A stretch of 64,000 nt of DNA from Escherichia phage OLB35. This document shows positions 38,928 through 48,919 of the stretch, one piece after another (within the stretch, counting starts at the first letter, position 1; every line of letters begins with the position of its first letter). The stretch is from sequence record MH992122.1, one strand, 5' to 3'. A program made the translations under genes and the position numbers. Under the pieces are notes generated by a model, which saw nothing but the letters and a program-made list of their open reading frames with translations, ran no database searches and was not told the DNA's origin.

Positions 38928-39156
38928 TACACGCTTCAGCCATTTTAAGAATAGAGCCAGGAGTATCGTTGTCCATTATATTAAAGCTAAATTCAATAGC
39001 CCAGTCGGTACAGACATGAACGGCTTTAACTTCATTGCCTTCAACGCGTAATGGCTCAATCCAATACTTGATAGTGTTCTCGAATCCATCATCATCTTTA
39101 ACGTCTATTTCAACTTCAAGCCCAAGCCCAGCATTGTTAAATTCATCTAAAGTCAT
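38899..39156 (-). CDS. hypothetical protein (46.2 position)
   Basis: 85-aa acidic ORF. Confidence 0.45.
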   Translation of the reverse strand: MTLDEFNNAGLGLEVEIDVKDDDGFENTIKYWIEPLRVEGNEVKAVHVCTDWAIEFSFNIMDNDTPGSILKMAEACIEDAYNDED

Positions 39157-40172
39157 TGTGTTGCCTCAATATAAAGTTCGTTGGAATATTTGACCAGCGC
39201 TTCTCTGTCTTCGTCTGAGATATCCGGAATCGCGTCAATATATTCTTTAATGATATCTTGAAGTGATTTAATCTCGATTTCCTGGTCGTCATCAGATTCA
39301 ACACTGTTATCAACTTTAGAAACCATACGAAGAGAGTGAACTACTTTTTCAAGTTCAGATTCAAACTTAGTCAACTCTGAATCAATTTCTGATACTATAA
39401 CACGTACGGCTAGATTAGTATAATCAGAATAATTAATTTTGCCTTTAAACGGATAAGTGATTCGTCGATGCCATGTCGTTTCATTGGGAATAAATTCCAT
39501 ACGTTCAACAACAGTGTCAAATACCCAGAATCCTCGCGGATCGTTCTCATCACCTGCAGTAAGGGTCCATGGTGTCCCAATATATTTGACGTTAGCAGCT
39601 TCAGAGATTGTGTGGAAGTGGCCAGACCAGACTTGTTTATAGGTCTTTAAGAAATCAGGTTCAAGCCCATGAGACTTCATTCCTTTATAGAAATAAAAGC
39701 CGTTCAGTTCCCAGTGCCCAACACAGTACGCTGCGGAAGAAGTCTTGATGTGCTCTAAGATTTCACCTGTATTTTCTTCACACATCCACGGAACGATATC
39801 GATCAGACATCCGTCAAAATCTACAGTAGTTGGATGTTCGTAAATAGTAAAGTTTTCAAATTGAGTTAACAATTCAGAAACAGTGTTAGGTGTTATTGTA
39901 TTCTTAAACGCCATGTCATGGTTTCCTATCGTGACATGAACGTGAATGCCTGCCTTAGAAATCATATCAACTATTTCACGATTGAATTCCATCGTACGAT
40001 GTGTAATTGCTTTACGGACGTCAAACCAATCACCGTACTGAATCCAAGTTTTAATACCGTGTTTCTTAGAGTATTCAATTGCTTGACGAATACCATCACG
40101 TTGAATATCTTGAACCCATGGGTCGTCCTGTTTAACGCCGATATGGAAGTCACCTAAATGTAAAATTTTCAT
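39153..40172 (-). CDS. 47: recombination endonuclease subunit gp47 (Mre11/SbcD-like)
   Basis: ORF trimmed to ATG at 40170-40172 (MKILHLGDFHIG...), 339 aa as in T4. Confidence 0.95.
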   Translation of the reverse strand: MKILHLGDFHIGVKQDDPWVQDIQRDGIRQAIEYSKKHGIKTWIQYGDWFDVRKAITHRTMEFNREIVDMISKAGIHVHVTIGNHDMAFKNTITPNTVSELLTQFENFTIYEHPTTVDFDGCLIDIVPWMCEENTGEILEHIKTSSAAYCVGHWELNGFYFYKGMKSHGLEPDFLKTYKQVWSGHFHTISEAANVKYIGTPWTLTAGDENDPRGFWVFDTVVERMEFIPNETTWHRRITYPFKGKINYSDYTNLAVRVIVSEIDSELTKFESELEKVVHSLRMVSKVDNSVESDDDQEIEIKSLQDIIKEYIDAIPDISDEDREALVKYSNELYIEATQ

Positions 40173-40233
40173 AAGTCTAACGCCGTTATCGCGATGCAAA
40201 TTAAAACCACAGAAATAAATAAAAAAGGAAGCA

Positions 40234-40443
40234 CTAGGCTTCCTTTCCAATTAATACACCGTACAGAGGCTCATTTGAACTTTTAAATCGAATTGGCTTG
40301 TACGTAATAGTTCCTTCGGCTTTAGCTTTATCATAAGACTCTTTAAAACGTCTCATTCTTTCTGCTTTGCCTTTACGGATTTTATCGAAATTTTCAGAAG
40401 TCGGGATGTTCGTCATGCATAAGCACCTCTCAGAAAAAGCCAC
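40234..40443 (-). CDS. hypothetical small protein
   Basis: 69-aa ORF; occupies the region where T4 has alpha-gt. Confidence 0.4.
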   Translation of the reverse strand: MAFSERCLCMTNIPTSENFDKIRKGKAERMRRFKESYDKAKAEGTITYKPIRFKSSNEPLYGVLIGKEA

Positions 40444-40455
40444 CTGTCCACGTTA

Positions 40456-40677
40456 TCATCGTTTCCACCATTTCTTAACTTGAAATGAATCAACCCACAC
40501 GAGTTGTTTTGGGTCTGCCTTTACAATAGGCGGACAAATTTCTGTAATAGAACCGTCGTGATATTCCTTTTCAGAAATTTTAACACAAAGAGGACCTCCC
40601 AATTTAAGGGTGAACCCTGCGTTCAAATTCAGACGTTTAAACTTTGTTTGAAGTAGTGCCATTAATGATGTCCTCAA
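40456..40677 (-). CDS. hypothetical small protein
   Basis: 73-aa ORF. Confidence 0.4.
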   Translation of the reverse strand: MRTSLMALLQTKFKRLNLNAGFTLKLGGPLCVKISEKEYHDGSITEICPPIVKADPKQLVWVDSFQVKKWWKR

Positions 40678-40960
40678 TAGCCTGACGAGTAGTAACCCAT
40701 TGGATTTTAATTAACTTTTCATTATATGGTTGTCGTAGAATATCCCGAGATTTCTTAATAGCATATTCGTAAGCTTCGAAGTTGTTTTGAATTGCTGCTT
40801 CTTGAGCATGAGCATAAAGACGGTTTAGTTCAAAACGATTCTTTTTAAGAATCTTTTCGGATTTTTTACGTGCTTCAGCTTCATTTTTCTTTTGGATTTC
40901 TTGTAGCATTTTAGCTACTGCATCTTCTGCTTCTTTATTTTCAATAATCTCGGTAGTCAT
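40637..40960 (-). CDS. hypothetical protein
   Basis: 107-aa ORF. Confidence 0.45.
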   Translation of the reverse strand: MTTEIIENKEAEDAVAKMLQEIQKKNEAEARKKSEKILKKNRFELNRLYAHAQEAAIQNNFEAYEYAIKKSRDILRQPYNEKLIKIQWVTTRQAIEDIINGTTSNKV

Positions 40961-40961
40961 A

Positions 40962-41177
40962 TTATCTCATTAAATTAAAATAAAAACGTCCGTCCTCTTC
41001 AATACAGAACTCGTACTCAACTGGAGTCCCATTTATCGAAAATGACACGTCATGTGGGTTCAAAGGGTCGATGTCAAAATTAATTTTAAATTCTCGACCC
41101 AACAGTTTTACCAAATAAGGGATTGCTTCGTCAAAAGGTTCTTCTAAGTAGTTAGAGATATCAATTGTCATCCTCAT
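40962..41177 (-). CDS. hypothetical small protein
   Basis: ORF 40962-41255 trimmed to an ATG downstream of the gene 55 stop. Confidence 0.4.
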   Translation of the reverse strand: MRMTIDISNYLEEPFDEAIPYLVKLLGREFKINFDIDPLNPHDVSFSINGTPVEYEFCIEEDGRFYFNLMR

Positions 41178-41718
41178 ATAAAAAATCCAAACTAGGCGAA
41201 TCGCTAACAACTTCCTTCTTTTCAGCCCCAGGAGCTTTATAAGCGGATTCTTCATAATGCGTCATTTTATCGTAGATGTCTTGAATAAACGTTTCATCTA
41301 CCAACGCTACCATATCATCGTCATGACTGTCGTAGACATTATGAACGAAGTAACTATATTTCTTTGCAACTTCCTTACGTTCTTTTTTGATACGTTGGAC
41401 AAAAGCATTAAAACAAGCTCGAGTTATGTATGCATGTGGGTTATTGTACTTAGTTTCGTCGAAATTATGAAGTCCCTTAATAGAGGCTTCAATCCCATCT
41501 GCAATCATCTCCTGCTTCCAAGACTGGGTATATCCTGAAAAGTTGAAACGTTTGGACAGGCCTTCGGCGATAAGCATAATTGCTAAACCGATGGTATCAT
41601 TCTGACGAATAATTTTGTTTGGGTCTTTATTATTTAAGAGCTCCTTTTTCCACTCGATTATAGCGGCGAGAAGCTCTTTATTATTCACATAGTTATTTTT
41701 AGGTTTTTGTTCAGTCAT
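41161..41718 (-). CDS. 55: late sigma factor gp55
   Basis: ORF trimmed to ATG at 41716-41718 ([17 protein letters not shown]...), 185 aa, near-identical to T4 gp55; AAGAGG RBS. Confidence 0.93.
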   Translation of the reverse strand: MTEQKPKNNYVNNKELLAAIIEWKKELLNNKDPNKIIRQNDTIGLAIMLIAEGLSKRFNFSGYTQSWKQEMIADGIEASIKGLHNFDETKYNNPHAYITRACFNAFVQRIKKERKEVAKKYSYFVHNVYDSHDDDMVALVDETFIQDIYDKMTHYEESAYKAPGAEKKEVVSDSPSLDFLYEDDN

Positions 41719-41790
41719 AAGTACCTCTTGGCTCAATTCATAGGTCTATTATATCATAATATTTAGAGACCTATCTTAAAGCACGAGATA

Positions 41791-42060
41791 CTATCGGAGC
41801 AAACAATACGCCTGGAATACTTTTTCCATTAAACGTTTGAACTCATGGATATCGATATAAAGCTCAGTAAGACCGGCATTATAAAGAAAATCTAAAAAGT
41901 TCTCATGTGTTTCGTTATAGTCGCCTTCGTTTAATTGAGATACATGAGTTTCCCAAAAACCAACACCTTTAACGAATGGAAAATACGTGACTTTCATGTA
42001 TTCGTCAACATAAAATTCGCCCAGCTTTTCTTCAGTTATACTGATTCGAGTTAATTTCAT
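41791..42060 (-). CDS. hypothetical protein (55.x region)
   Basis: 89-aa ORF. Confidence 0.45.
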   Translation of the reverse strand: MKLTRISITEEKLGEFYVDEYMKVTYFPFVKGVGFWETHVSQLNEGDYNETHENFLDFLYNAGLTELYIDIHEFKRLMEKVFQAYCLLR

Positions 42061-42284
42061 TCTAGTTCCTTTGCTGCTTCAAGAGCAGCATCCAGCGAAT
42101 CAAATTGGTCAACGAAATCAATATTCAACGCATCGTCAACCGTAGCATATAACCACCATTGTTTGAATTCGTATTCTAGAATAAATCCAGGACCTTCAAT
42201 CTGAGGAAGACCTAGGCTATTTGTACCAACTTCGTAACCAGCTAGACGCAGGTCATTAATCAAAGTTTCTGTTAATACGCTCAT
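42057..42284 (-). CDS. hypothetical protein
   Basis: 75-aa ORF, 4-nt overlap coupling. Confidence 0.45.
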   Translation of the reverse strand: MSVLTETLINDLRLAGYEVGTNSLGLPQIEGPGFILEYEFKQWWLYATVDDALNIDFVDQFDSLDAALEAAKELE

Positions 42285-42613
42285 TTTACCGCCTTAACAA
42301 TTTTCAGGTCAACGAATTTTTTCTTACGTTGATTTTTCATACGACGGATAGTCTTTTCAGAGATTTCATGTTTCTGATAAGCTTTAGATTCAACACCAAA
42401 TGCAGCAACGTCAAATTCAGAAAGAATATATTGTACTAGAATTTCACGAATAGAATTACGTCCAATTTTCTGGTCATGTTTTTGCATAATTTCGTAAAGA
42501 CGGAATTCCCACGCGTCAAGAACTTGAGGAGTAACAATATTGCCGGATTCCAGAAGAGCAACAACTTTATCGAAAGCGAAAGAATTAACTACGTTTTTGA
42601 TTTTAGTAGACAT
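42281..42613 (-). CDS. hypothetical protein
   Basis: ORF 42281-42661 trimmed to ATG at 42611-42613 with GAGGA RBS; the longer start remains possible. Confidence 0.45.
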   Translation of the reverse strand: MSTKIKNVVNSFAFDKVVALLESGNIVTPQVLDAWEFRLYEIMQKHDQKIGRNSIREILVQYILSEFDVAAFGVESKAYQKHEISEKTIRRMKNQRKKKFVDLKIVKAVK

Positions 42614-42679
42614 ATTATTTTCCTCGGTTATTTTATTATCCAACGAGAGAATTATACTCATCTCTCAAGAGTTTGTATA

Positions 42680-42919
42680 CTATTTTTTAAGCATGAAAAG
42701 CAAGTAATTTGTATCGCGTGGAGTAATATCAACACCCATATCAAAGATGCCTTTATAGATTGGGTATTTGTTTTCGGTTGTATCGAAGCTGAAACTATTT
42801 CCATCACAACTAACAGTAATAGCATCTGTTAAAATGTCATACTCAATCCTAACAATTGAATCTCCAATTTTAACGTCGAGGTGTTTTTTGAATTTGATAA
42901 AATCTAATTCTTGGGCCAT
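42680..42919 (-). CDS. hypothetical protein
   Basis: 79-aa ORF. Confidence 0.45.
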   Translation of the reverse strand: MAQELDFIKFKKHLDVKIGDSIVRIEYDILTDAITVSCDGNSFSFDTTENKYPIYKGIFDMGVDITPRDTNYLLFMLKK

Positions 42920-42982
42920 GATATTTTCCTCATTTTAAGACGATAGGAAGACATGTTATTATCTTCCTATCGTTGTACATTA

Positions 42983-43195
42983 TTAACCGAACTTTTTAGC
43001 GCCTTTCCAGCCTTCGTACATAACTGCACAAGTCAATAGTACAGCATGTTGGCATTCTTTGTATTTGTAAATCCAGAACCAGCGTAAGAAGTCTTCATCC
43101 TCAACGCCGTTGAGTTTCATATTGGCAAAGAATTCAGCACGTTCTTCACGAAGCTTTTGCGATAACATAGATTCAGGATTCATTTTGTGTTCCAC
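42983..43195 (-). CDS. hypothetical protein
   Basis: 70-aa ORF. Confidence 0.4.
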   Translation of the reverse strand: MEHKMNPESMLSQKLREERAEFFANMKLNGVEDEDFLRWFWIYKYKECQHAVLLTCAVMYEGWKGAKKFG

Positions 43196-43314
43196 ACCCC
43201 ATTTTCATCGATGAACTTAATCCAGTCATTTACAGACCATTTAGTTGTATCACCCTTTGGATTAACATTTAAAGTATATAATCCCTGCTTAAAAAGCATT
43301 CGTTTGATATTCAT
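43180..43314 (-). CDS. hypothetical small protein
   Basis: ORF 43180-43407 trimmed to ATG at 43312-43314 with GAGGAAATT RBS. Confidence 0.4.
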   Translation of the reverse strand: MNIKRMLFKQGLYTLNVNPKGDTTKWSVNDWIKFIDENGVWNTK

Positions 43315-43321
43315 AATTTCC

Positions 43322-43615
43322 TCAACTGTAACGATAACATTCGTTAGCTTTACGTTTGGCTTCAGTATGAGAAGTATTATAATCATACTCTTCTTTACTG
43401 TAAACATCTTTTTTCAACTTACGAACTTCTTTGCGGAGTTGTTGATTCATTTCATTCTTGACTTCAGAATCAACGCCTTTCATACGTTTCCATTTATCTG
43501 AGCGGAAAATGTTTTCAACCATGTCTTTGTGGCTAACACCGTCAGGAGCTTTACGTTTACCAAAATAGTCATAATCGCGAACTTTCAAATCTTTACGACG
43601 ATACGTTTTACCCAT
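43322..43615 (-). CDS. hypothetical basic protein
   Basis: 97-aa Lys/Arg-rich ORF. Confidence 0.45.
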   Translation of the reverse strand: MGKTYRRKDLKVRDYDYFGKRKAPDGVSHKDMVENIFRSDKWKRMKGVDSEVKNEMNQQLRKEVRKLKKDVYSKEEYDYNTSHTEAKRKANECYRYS

Positions 43616-43622
43616 AAGTACC

Positions 43623-43871
43623 TCAGAGGTTGATTGATACGATGCGTTTGATAAAATTCACTTCACTTACTGAAAGGTTTTTAAGACCGATTGATTCTAA
43701 ACGCTGAGTAAGCGTCAACATTGGGATATAGTCCCAATGAGTTTTATATGCTTGATAAGTACGAACGCCATTAGCAATTTCAACATGCAAATCAGAAATG
43801 GTAACGAATACCGGATGCTCGTCATTAACTCTAAGTGTTAGAACAACCTTCTTTGAATCTAAACTAATCAT
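43623..43871 (-). CDS. hypothetical protein
   Basis: 82-aa ORF. Confidence 0.45.
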   Translation of the reverse strand: MISLDSKKVVLTLRVNDEHPVFVTISDLHVEIANGVRTYQAYKTHWDYIPMLTLTQRLESIGLKNLSVSEVNFIKRIVSINL

Positions 43872-44170
43872 AGTTTAATTTCCTTCGCAATTGAACAGAA
43901 GATACTACGGTCACAAAGCATTTCACCAATTTCTGGATATTTGATTGAACGGTACCAAACATCCAGGCTTGAAACTCTGGTTATCTGTACGGCATTACCG
44001 TTGACAGAATAGTACTGGTCAACCTTAATTTCTTTATCTTCAATTGTCATTTTGTTTTCCTCTATAGCAGATGGTTTAATCTTAACATAACTATCGAGGA
44101 TGTAAACTGTTTTATGAAAATATTTTTGATTTGAGAGGGGCACAAGGAGATAGTGAAGTGAAGATTCCAA
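43868..44170 (-). CDS. hypothetical protein
   Basis: 100-aa ORF. Confidence 0.45.
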   Translation of the reverse strand: MESSLHYLLVPLSNQKYFHKTVYILDSYVKIKPSAIEENKMTIEDKEIKVDQYYSVNGNAVQITRVSSLDVWYRSIKYPEIGEMLCDRSIFCSIAKEIKL

Positions 44171-44215
44171 TGGATTATATTAGAAATAAGATAAAGAAGA
44201 CCAGGCGGCACCTGG

Positions 44216-44539
44216 TCAATCTTCTATGATATCAGAGTCGTATCCTAATGAAATCAAGGACTTTTTAAACTCTGCAATATTCTTTTGTTTCTTATCATTT
44301 AAAAATATGACAGGATAACGAATATTAAGTGAAGTGAATCCTGCACGTTTAGCAAGAGATACGATTAAAGAACGGTCGTATTCGATCTTACCATTATTAG
44401 TGAGGACTTTATAAAATGTATAAGGAACATTGAGCTCCTTTAAAAGTTTTATAACAGTATAACATCCTGGACAACGTCCTACTTCTTCAGGGATACCATA
44501 AATTTCAATCTTGTTCTTTAAGTTCGAGTTTTGTTCCAC
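44216..44539 (-). CDS. nrdH: glutaredoxin-like protein NrdH
   Basis: ORF 44216-44668 trimmed to GTG at 44537-44539; ...IEIYGIPEEVGRCPGCYTVIKLL... CPGC redox motif; upstream of nrdG. Confidence 0.5.
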   Translation of the reverse strand: MEQNSNLKNKIEIYGIPEEVGRCPGCYTVIKLLKELNVPYTFYKVLTNNGKIEYDRSLIVSLAKRAGFTSLNIRYPVIFLNDKKQKNIAEFKKSLISLGYDSDIIED

Positions 44540-44822
44540 GAGAAATAATTCCTTGGTAAGCCCAATAAGGAGGATTAACAGAATCCTCGCCAGAGTTTTC
44601 TTCAGGAAAATAAACCTGGATAACAAATCCAGATGCATCAAAGGTAAAATAAACCGTAGGCAGTTCACCTAACAATTCGGCACGAGCATTAATTTCTTCG
44701 AGATCTCGTTCACGTCCAGCCCAAAAACTAGGATTTAGATTACATTCGTAAAAATAATAGTCATTACCGAACATATCAAACCCCTTCCAACTCTCTACCA
44801 CGTACCGCTCAAAACTAATCAT
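44505..44822 (-). CDS. hypothetical protein
   Basis: 105-aa ORF. Confidence 0.45.
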   Translation of the reverse strand: MISFERYVVESWKGFDMFGNDYYFYECNLNPSFWAGRERDLEEINARAELLGELPTVYFTFDASGFVIQVYFPEENSGEDSVNPPYWAYQGIISRGTKLELKEQD

Positions 44823-44824
44823 AA

Positions 44825-45040
44825 TTAAGCCTTTTTATCAAGAACAGAATTCAGTTTGTTAGTAATTTTATCCAGACGCTCATTGAACTCATTAGAAGAT
44901 AAGCCCTTTTCTGGAGAAATTAAACTAATCACGAAAAATACACCAGTAAAAGGAATAAGAAAAATAGCTCCAACTGCCATAAACAAAAAGAACGTTACAG
45001 TTGTAAGAAAATCAGCTAAACCTTTACGAAATTTATACAT
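44825..45040 (-). CDS. hypothetical membrane protein
   Basis: 71-aa ORF with hydrophobic segment. Confidence 0.4.
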   Translation of the reverse strand: MYKFRKGLADFLTTVTFFLFMAVGAIFLIPFTGVFFVISLISPEKGLSSNEFNERLDKITNKLNSVLDKKA

Positions 45041-45154
45041 ATTTACCCTTAATTAATTAACCAAGCATTGATAAGCACTAAACCATATTGCGAATAAAAT
45101 TCTGGACCAAAATGAAAAATCATATCATTTATAGTATCCATAATGTAATTCAAT

Positions 45155-45625
45155 TTAATCATGTTTCCACACCCCATCGGTATTTGACCAAAGTCGCTGA
45201 TTATCTGATCCTCGCCACAGCTTTTTGGTCGGAAGATTTTTCTCATACTTCCCATCAATAATAACATCAACATATTTAAGCATTTCTAGCTGTTTAATAT
45301 CTTCAAACTTATATCCTGTCCACAACCAAATGCTTTTATTGGGATAAAAATTTTTTACTGTTTGAACAATGCAATGAATAACATCTCGATTGTCAGGATA
45401 GAGAGGGTCTCCTCCAGATATAGTTAATCCTTCTATATAATCATTATTCAAACATTCAATTAATTGTTCTAGTGTTTCACCAGTGAATGGAATACCATTT
45501 CTAGCATTCCATGTTGATTTATTATAACACCCTTCGCATTTATGCAAACACCCTGTAACGAAAAGAACAGTCCTGCAGCCCGGGCCATTCACAAAATCGC
45601 AAGGATAAAATCTATCATAATTCAT
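45155..45625 (-). CDS. nrdG: anaerobic ribonucleotide reductase activating protein NrdG (radical SAM)
   Basis: 156 aa; CxxxCxxC-type cluster ...GCLHKCEGCYN...; matches T4 NrdG. Confidence 0.9.
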   Translation of the reverse strand: MNYDRFYPCDFVNGPGCRTVLFVTGCLHKCEGCYNKSTWNARNGIPFTGETLEQLIECLNNDYIEGLTISGGDPLYPDNRDVIHCIVQTVKNFYPNKSIWLWTGYKFEDIKQLEMLKYVDVIIDGKYEKNLPTKKLWRGSDNQRLWSNTDGVWKHD

Positions 45626-47439
45626 TGGTGTTTAACCCTATGCATGATTTCTTTATTTTTACCGAGATTAAATCCGCGTTCGTTCGGATTTCCCAAATAA
45701 CCGCATGTCCTTCTTATAGTGTTCATCTTTTTAGGATCAGTTTCTCCACAAACTGAACAAACAAATCCGTTTTCAGTAGGAGTCATTTCATGAGTACTTC
45801 CGCATGTAAAACATTTATCCACTGGCATATTAACACCAAAATAATCTAAATGTTGTGCAGCATAATCCCAGACAGCCTCAAGACCCTTTAAATTGTTTTT
45901 CATATCTGGAAGTTCAACATAAGAAATGTGACCACCTGTCGCAATGAAATGATATGGGGCTTCGCGAGAAATCTTTTCAAACGGAGTGATATTTTCTTCT
46001 ACTGAAACATGGAAACTGTTAGTGTACCAGCCTTTATCAGTAACATCTTTTACACTTCCATATTTTTCAGTATCAAGTTTACAGAAGCGATAACAAAGGT
46101 TTTCAGCAGGAGTAGAATATAAGCTAAAAGCAAATCCAGTTCTTTCAGTCCACTGTTTAAGATGAGCATTCATTTTAGTTAAAATTTCTTGTCCAATATC
46201 ACGACCAACAAGAATATTCAATTCATGAATACCAATGTATCCTAAAGACACTGAACTTCTACCGTTTTTAAATAACTCAATTATATCGTCATCAGGTTTA
46301 AGACGAACCCCGAATGCACCTTCTTGGTAAAGAATAGGAGCAACAGTAGCTTTAACTCCTTTTAAGGAACCAATTCTACACATCAAGGCTTCAAAGCACA
46401 GATCCATTCGTTCATTGAATAATTCAACAAATTTCTGTTCATTGAACTGTGTTCCAATATAAGAATCTAATGCGATACGAGGAAGATTCAGTGTTACAAC
46501 ACCAAGATTATTGCGACCATCAAGAATTTCATTACCAGTCGAATCTTTCCATACGCTCAAGAAACTACGACAACCCATTGGAGAAACTGGAACTGAAGAA
46601 CCAGTAATAGCTTTATTATTCTTAACCGAAATAATGTCAGGATACATTCTTTTGCTTGCACATTCTAACGCAAGTTGTTTAATATCATAGTTTGGATCAT
46701 CTTTATAAAGATTAACACCTTCTTCAACAAACATAACAAGTTTAGGAAAAATAGGAGTTATTCCATCACGACCGAGACCTTTAATACGATTTTTCAGAAT
46801 TGCTTTCTGAATCATTCGTTCAGTCCAATCAGTTCCAGTACCAAATGTAATTGTTACAAAAGGCGTTTGTCCGTTTGAACTAAAGAGAGTATTTACTTCA
46901 TATTCATAAGCTTGGAATGCGTCATAGACATCTTTTTCTGTTTTGGATTGAGCATAATTCAGAATGTCCGGTATTTGCCATTTTTCTGCATCTTCAACAT
47001 GTTTAGCGTATGTACGTTTAACATAAGGAGAAAGTACTTTATCGACATTCGCAAATGTAGTTCCGCCATACTGATGTGAAGCAACTTGTGCAGTAATTTG
47101 TGCCATAATTGCAGTAGCAACACCAATCGATTTAGGCGTTTCAATTTGAGCATTGCCTAATTTAAATCCGTTCTCAAGCATTCCTTTTAAATCTACTAAA
47201 CAACAATTAGTAAATGGCAATGATATACTGTAATCTAAATCATGAAAATGAATTAACCCGGCATTATGAGCATTTACAATATGGCTTGGAAGAATACTAC
47301 AAGCGATATGTTTAGAAACAATACCGGCCATTAAATCTCTTTTTGTTGGAAAGACACGAGAATCTTTGTTGGCGTTTTCGGTATTTAATTCTTTATCTTT
47401 ATTTGAAATAAAATATAATAGTTTATATACTACATTCAT
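45622..47439 (-). CDS. nrdD: anaerobic ribonucleoside-triphosphate reductase NrdD (uninterrupted, no intron)
   Basis: 605-aa continuous ORF; C-terminal ...RRTCGYLGNPNERGFNLGK... glycyl-radical region as in T4 NrdD. Confidence 0.95.
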   Translation of the reverse strand: MNVVYKLLYFISNKDKELNTENANKDSRVFPTKRDLMAGIVSKHIACSILPSHIVNAHNAGLIHFHDLDYSISLPFTNCCLVDLKGMLENGFKLGNAQIETPKSIGVATAIMAQITAQVASHQYGGTTFANVDKVLSPYVKRTYAKHVEDAEKWQIPDILNYAQSKTEKDVYDAFQAYEYEVNTLFSSNGQTPFVTITFGTGTDWTERMIQKAILKNRIKGLGRDGITPIFPKLVMFVEEGVNLYKDDPNYDIKQLALECASKRMYPDIISVKNNKAITGSSVPVSPMGCRSFLSVWKDSTGNEILDGRNNLGVVTLNLPRIALDSYIGTQFNEQKFVELFNERMDLCFEALMCRIGSLKGVKATVAPILYQEGAFGVRLKPDDDIIELFKNGRSSVSLGYIGIHELNILVGRDIGQEILTKMNAHLKQWTERTGFAFSLYSTPAENLCYRFCKLDTEKYGSVKDVTDKGWYTNSFHVSVEENITPFEKISREAPYHFIATGGHISYVELPDMKNNLKGLEAVWDYAAQHLDYFGVNMPVDKCFTCGSTHEMTPTENGFVCSVCGETDPKKMNTIRRTCGYLGNPNERGFNLGKNKEIMHRVKHQ

Positions 47440-47909
47440 TTTAAACTCTTTCTAAGCTGCTTTTTGAATGAAGCTATTAATTGTGTTTTAGTATCAGATT
47501 CATTATATTCAAATCCTCTTTGAAGCATCTCAGTCATCATTTCCTCTTTACCTAGTCTTGAGAACTCTTTAGTTTTGTCTGGAACAAAATTAGGATGGAT
47601 ATTATTATCAGAATAATCTTGTTTCAAATAAACAAGAAGAGCTTCAAGCCATTCGAGGTAGTCGACATCACGACCTTTAAGACCAGAACGGTTGAACTTA
47701 TGCTTCATTTGACCTTCTGCTGCATTGCACAGGTTACATAGTAAACCACGAACCTTACCAGCTTTTGGCCCGTTTAATTCATGGTCGTGGTCAAGATGGT
47801 TACCTTGAACATCAGGGTCTAATTCACGGTGGCAAATAGGACACTTACCGTTCTGTGCATCATAAAATTTTTGTTTTTCTTCTTTATATTTTGCGCCTGA
47901 TAATAACAT
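47436..47909 (-). CDS. 49: endonuclease VII (Holliday junction resolvase) gp49
   Basis: 157-aa ORF MLLSGAKYKEEKQKFYDAQNGKCPIC... near-identical to T4 endo VII. Confidence 0.95.
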   Translation of the reverse strand: MLLSGAKYKEEKQKFYDAQNGKCPICHRELDPDVQGNHLDHDHELNGPKAGKVRGLLCNLCNAAEGQMKHKFNRSGLKGRDVDYLEWLEALLVYLKQDYSDNNIHPNFVPDKTKEFSRLGKEEMMTEMLQRGFEYNESDTKTQLIASFKKQLRKSLK

Positions 47910-47938
47910 GATAAACCCTTACCTTAAATAGATAAGGG

Positions 47939-47946
47939 TATTTATA
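47939..47946 (-). promoter_or_regulatory. late promoter TATAAATA upstream of gene 49, next to an RBS-sequestering hairpin
   Basis: plus tatttata at 47939-47946; hairpin ccctta (47916-47921)/taaggg (47933-47938) overlaps the SD of gene 49. Confidence 0.55.
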
Positions 47947-48247
47947 ATTTAGTAAATGTTATAAAAGTTACGATGAGAACGTTTAGCTTTGCGAAGCTGA
48001 CGTTTAGTAGGACGAACTGTAAATGGTTGTCCAGAGAAAAAATTCGGATCGGTTTTAATAAGCAAATACCAATCACGCTTGCCATTTTTTAATAAACGGT
48101 ACAATAATTTAACTTGCATAATAATCTCTTCCCATTTCCATATCGATTAATTCATTTATTGAAGGTTCATCATAACATGGTTCTTCGTCGTTGTAATCTG
48201 TTTCGACGTCTGGCTCGACAGTCTCCCATCGAGCAGAATACCACGGT

Positions 48248-48604
48248 TTAACCCCGGAGTTTATTGAGCTCTTCATAATCAATCCAGGATTCTAGCCCTG
48301 ACGGCAGGTCACATTCAATGTTCCACAGAAGCTCTTCAATGGCTTGCAGGCGATTATATTCTTCAACGGTAATGGTAACCATTGGTGCAACCGGTTCTGC
48401 CTTTTTAACCATCATGTCGTTCATCAGGACGTAAAGGTCATCACGAACGACAGTGTCGTTCCATCCCCATGATTTGGCTTCGTAAGCTAATGATGAAGGG
48501 AGCACATTTAAAACTTCAATAATAGTTGGAGCATCAGGACCAAGTTCATTGGCACAAACTTCGTATACATCCTGGAAATCTTTAAGATTTAATGAATATG
48601 TCAT
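48248..48604 (-). CDS. hypothetical acidic protein
   Basis: 118-aa ORF. Confidence 0.5.
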   Translation of the reverse strand: MTYSLNLKDFQDVYEVCANELGPDAPTIIEVLNVLPSSLAYEAKSWGWNDTVVRDDLYVLMNDMMVKKAEPVAPMVTITVEEYNRLQAIEELLWNIECDLPSGLESWIDYEELNKLRG

Positions 48605-48622
48605 TTAAAATTTTCTCGCAGG

Positions 48623-48919
48623 TTATTGTTCTACCCATGAACAAGAGACTTCAAAATCAGGACCACCGTATTCCCAGTGATATTCACCAACAGGAATCCA
48701 GTCACCGTGCTCGTTTTCTTCATAGTCCTCAGGCTCAAGGCCAACGAATCGCCATTGGACACCGATGATTCGATTACCCATCATTACTCGAAATTCGCCC
48801 CATGGATTATCGATAGCATACTGAATATCGTTCTTGGCACGAGAGCACATTTCTTGATATAATAAAGCTTCTAATTCACCCTGGTCATAAGGGCCAGGGA
48901 AAGTTAAATCAATACTCAT
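48623..48919 (-). CDS. hypothetical protein
   Basis: 98-aa ORF. Confidence 0.5.
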   Translation of the reverse strand: MSIDLTFPGPYDQGELEALLYQEMCSRAKNDIQYAIDNPWGEFRVMMGNRIIGVQWRFVGLEPEDYEENEHGDWIPVGEYHWEYGGPDFEVSCSWVEQ

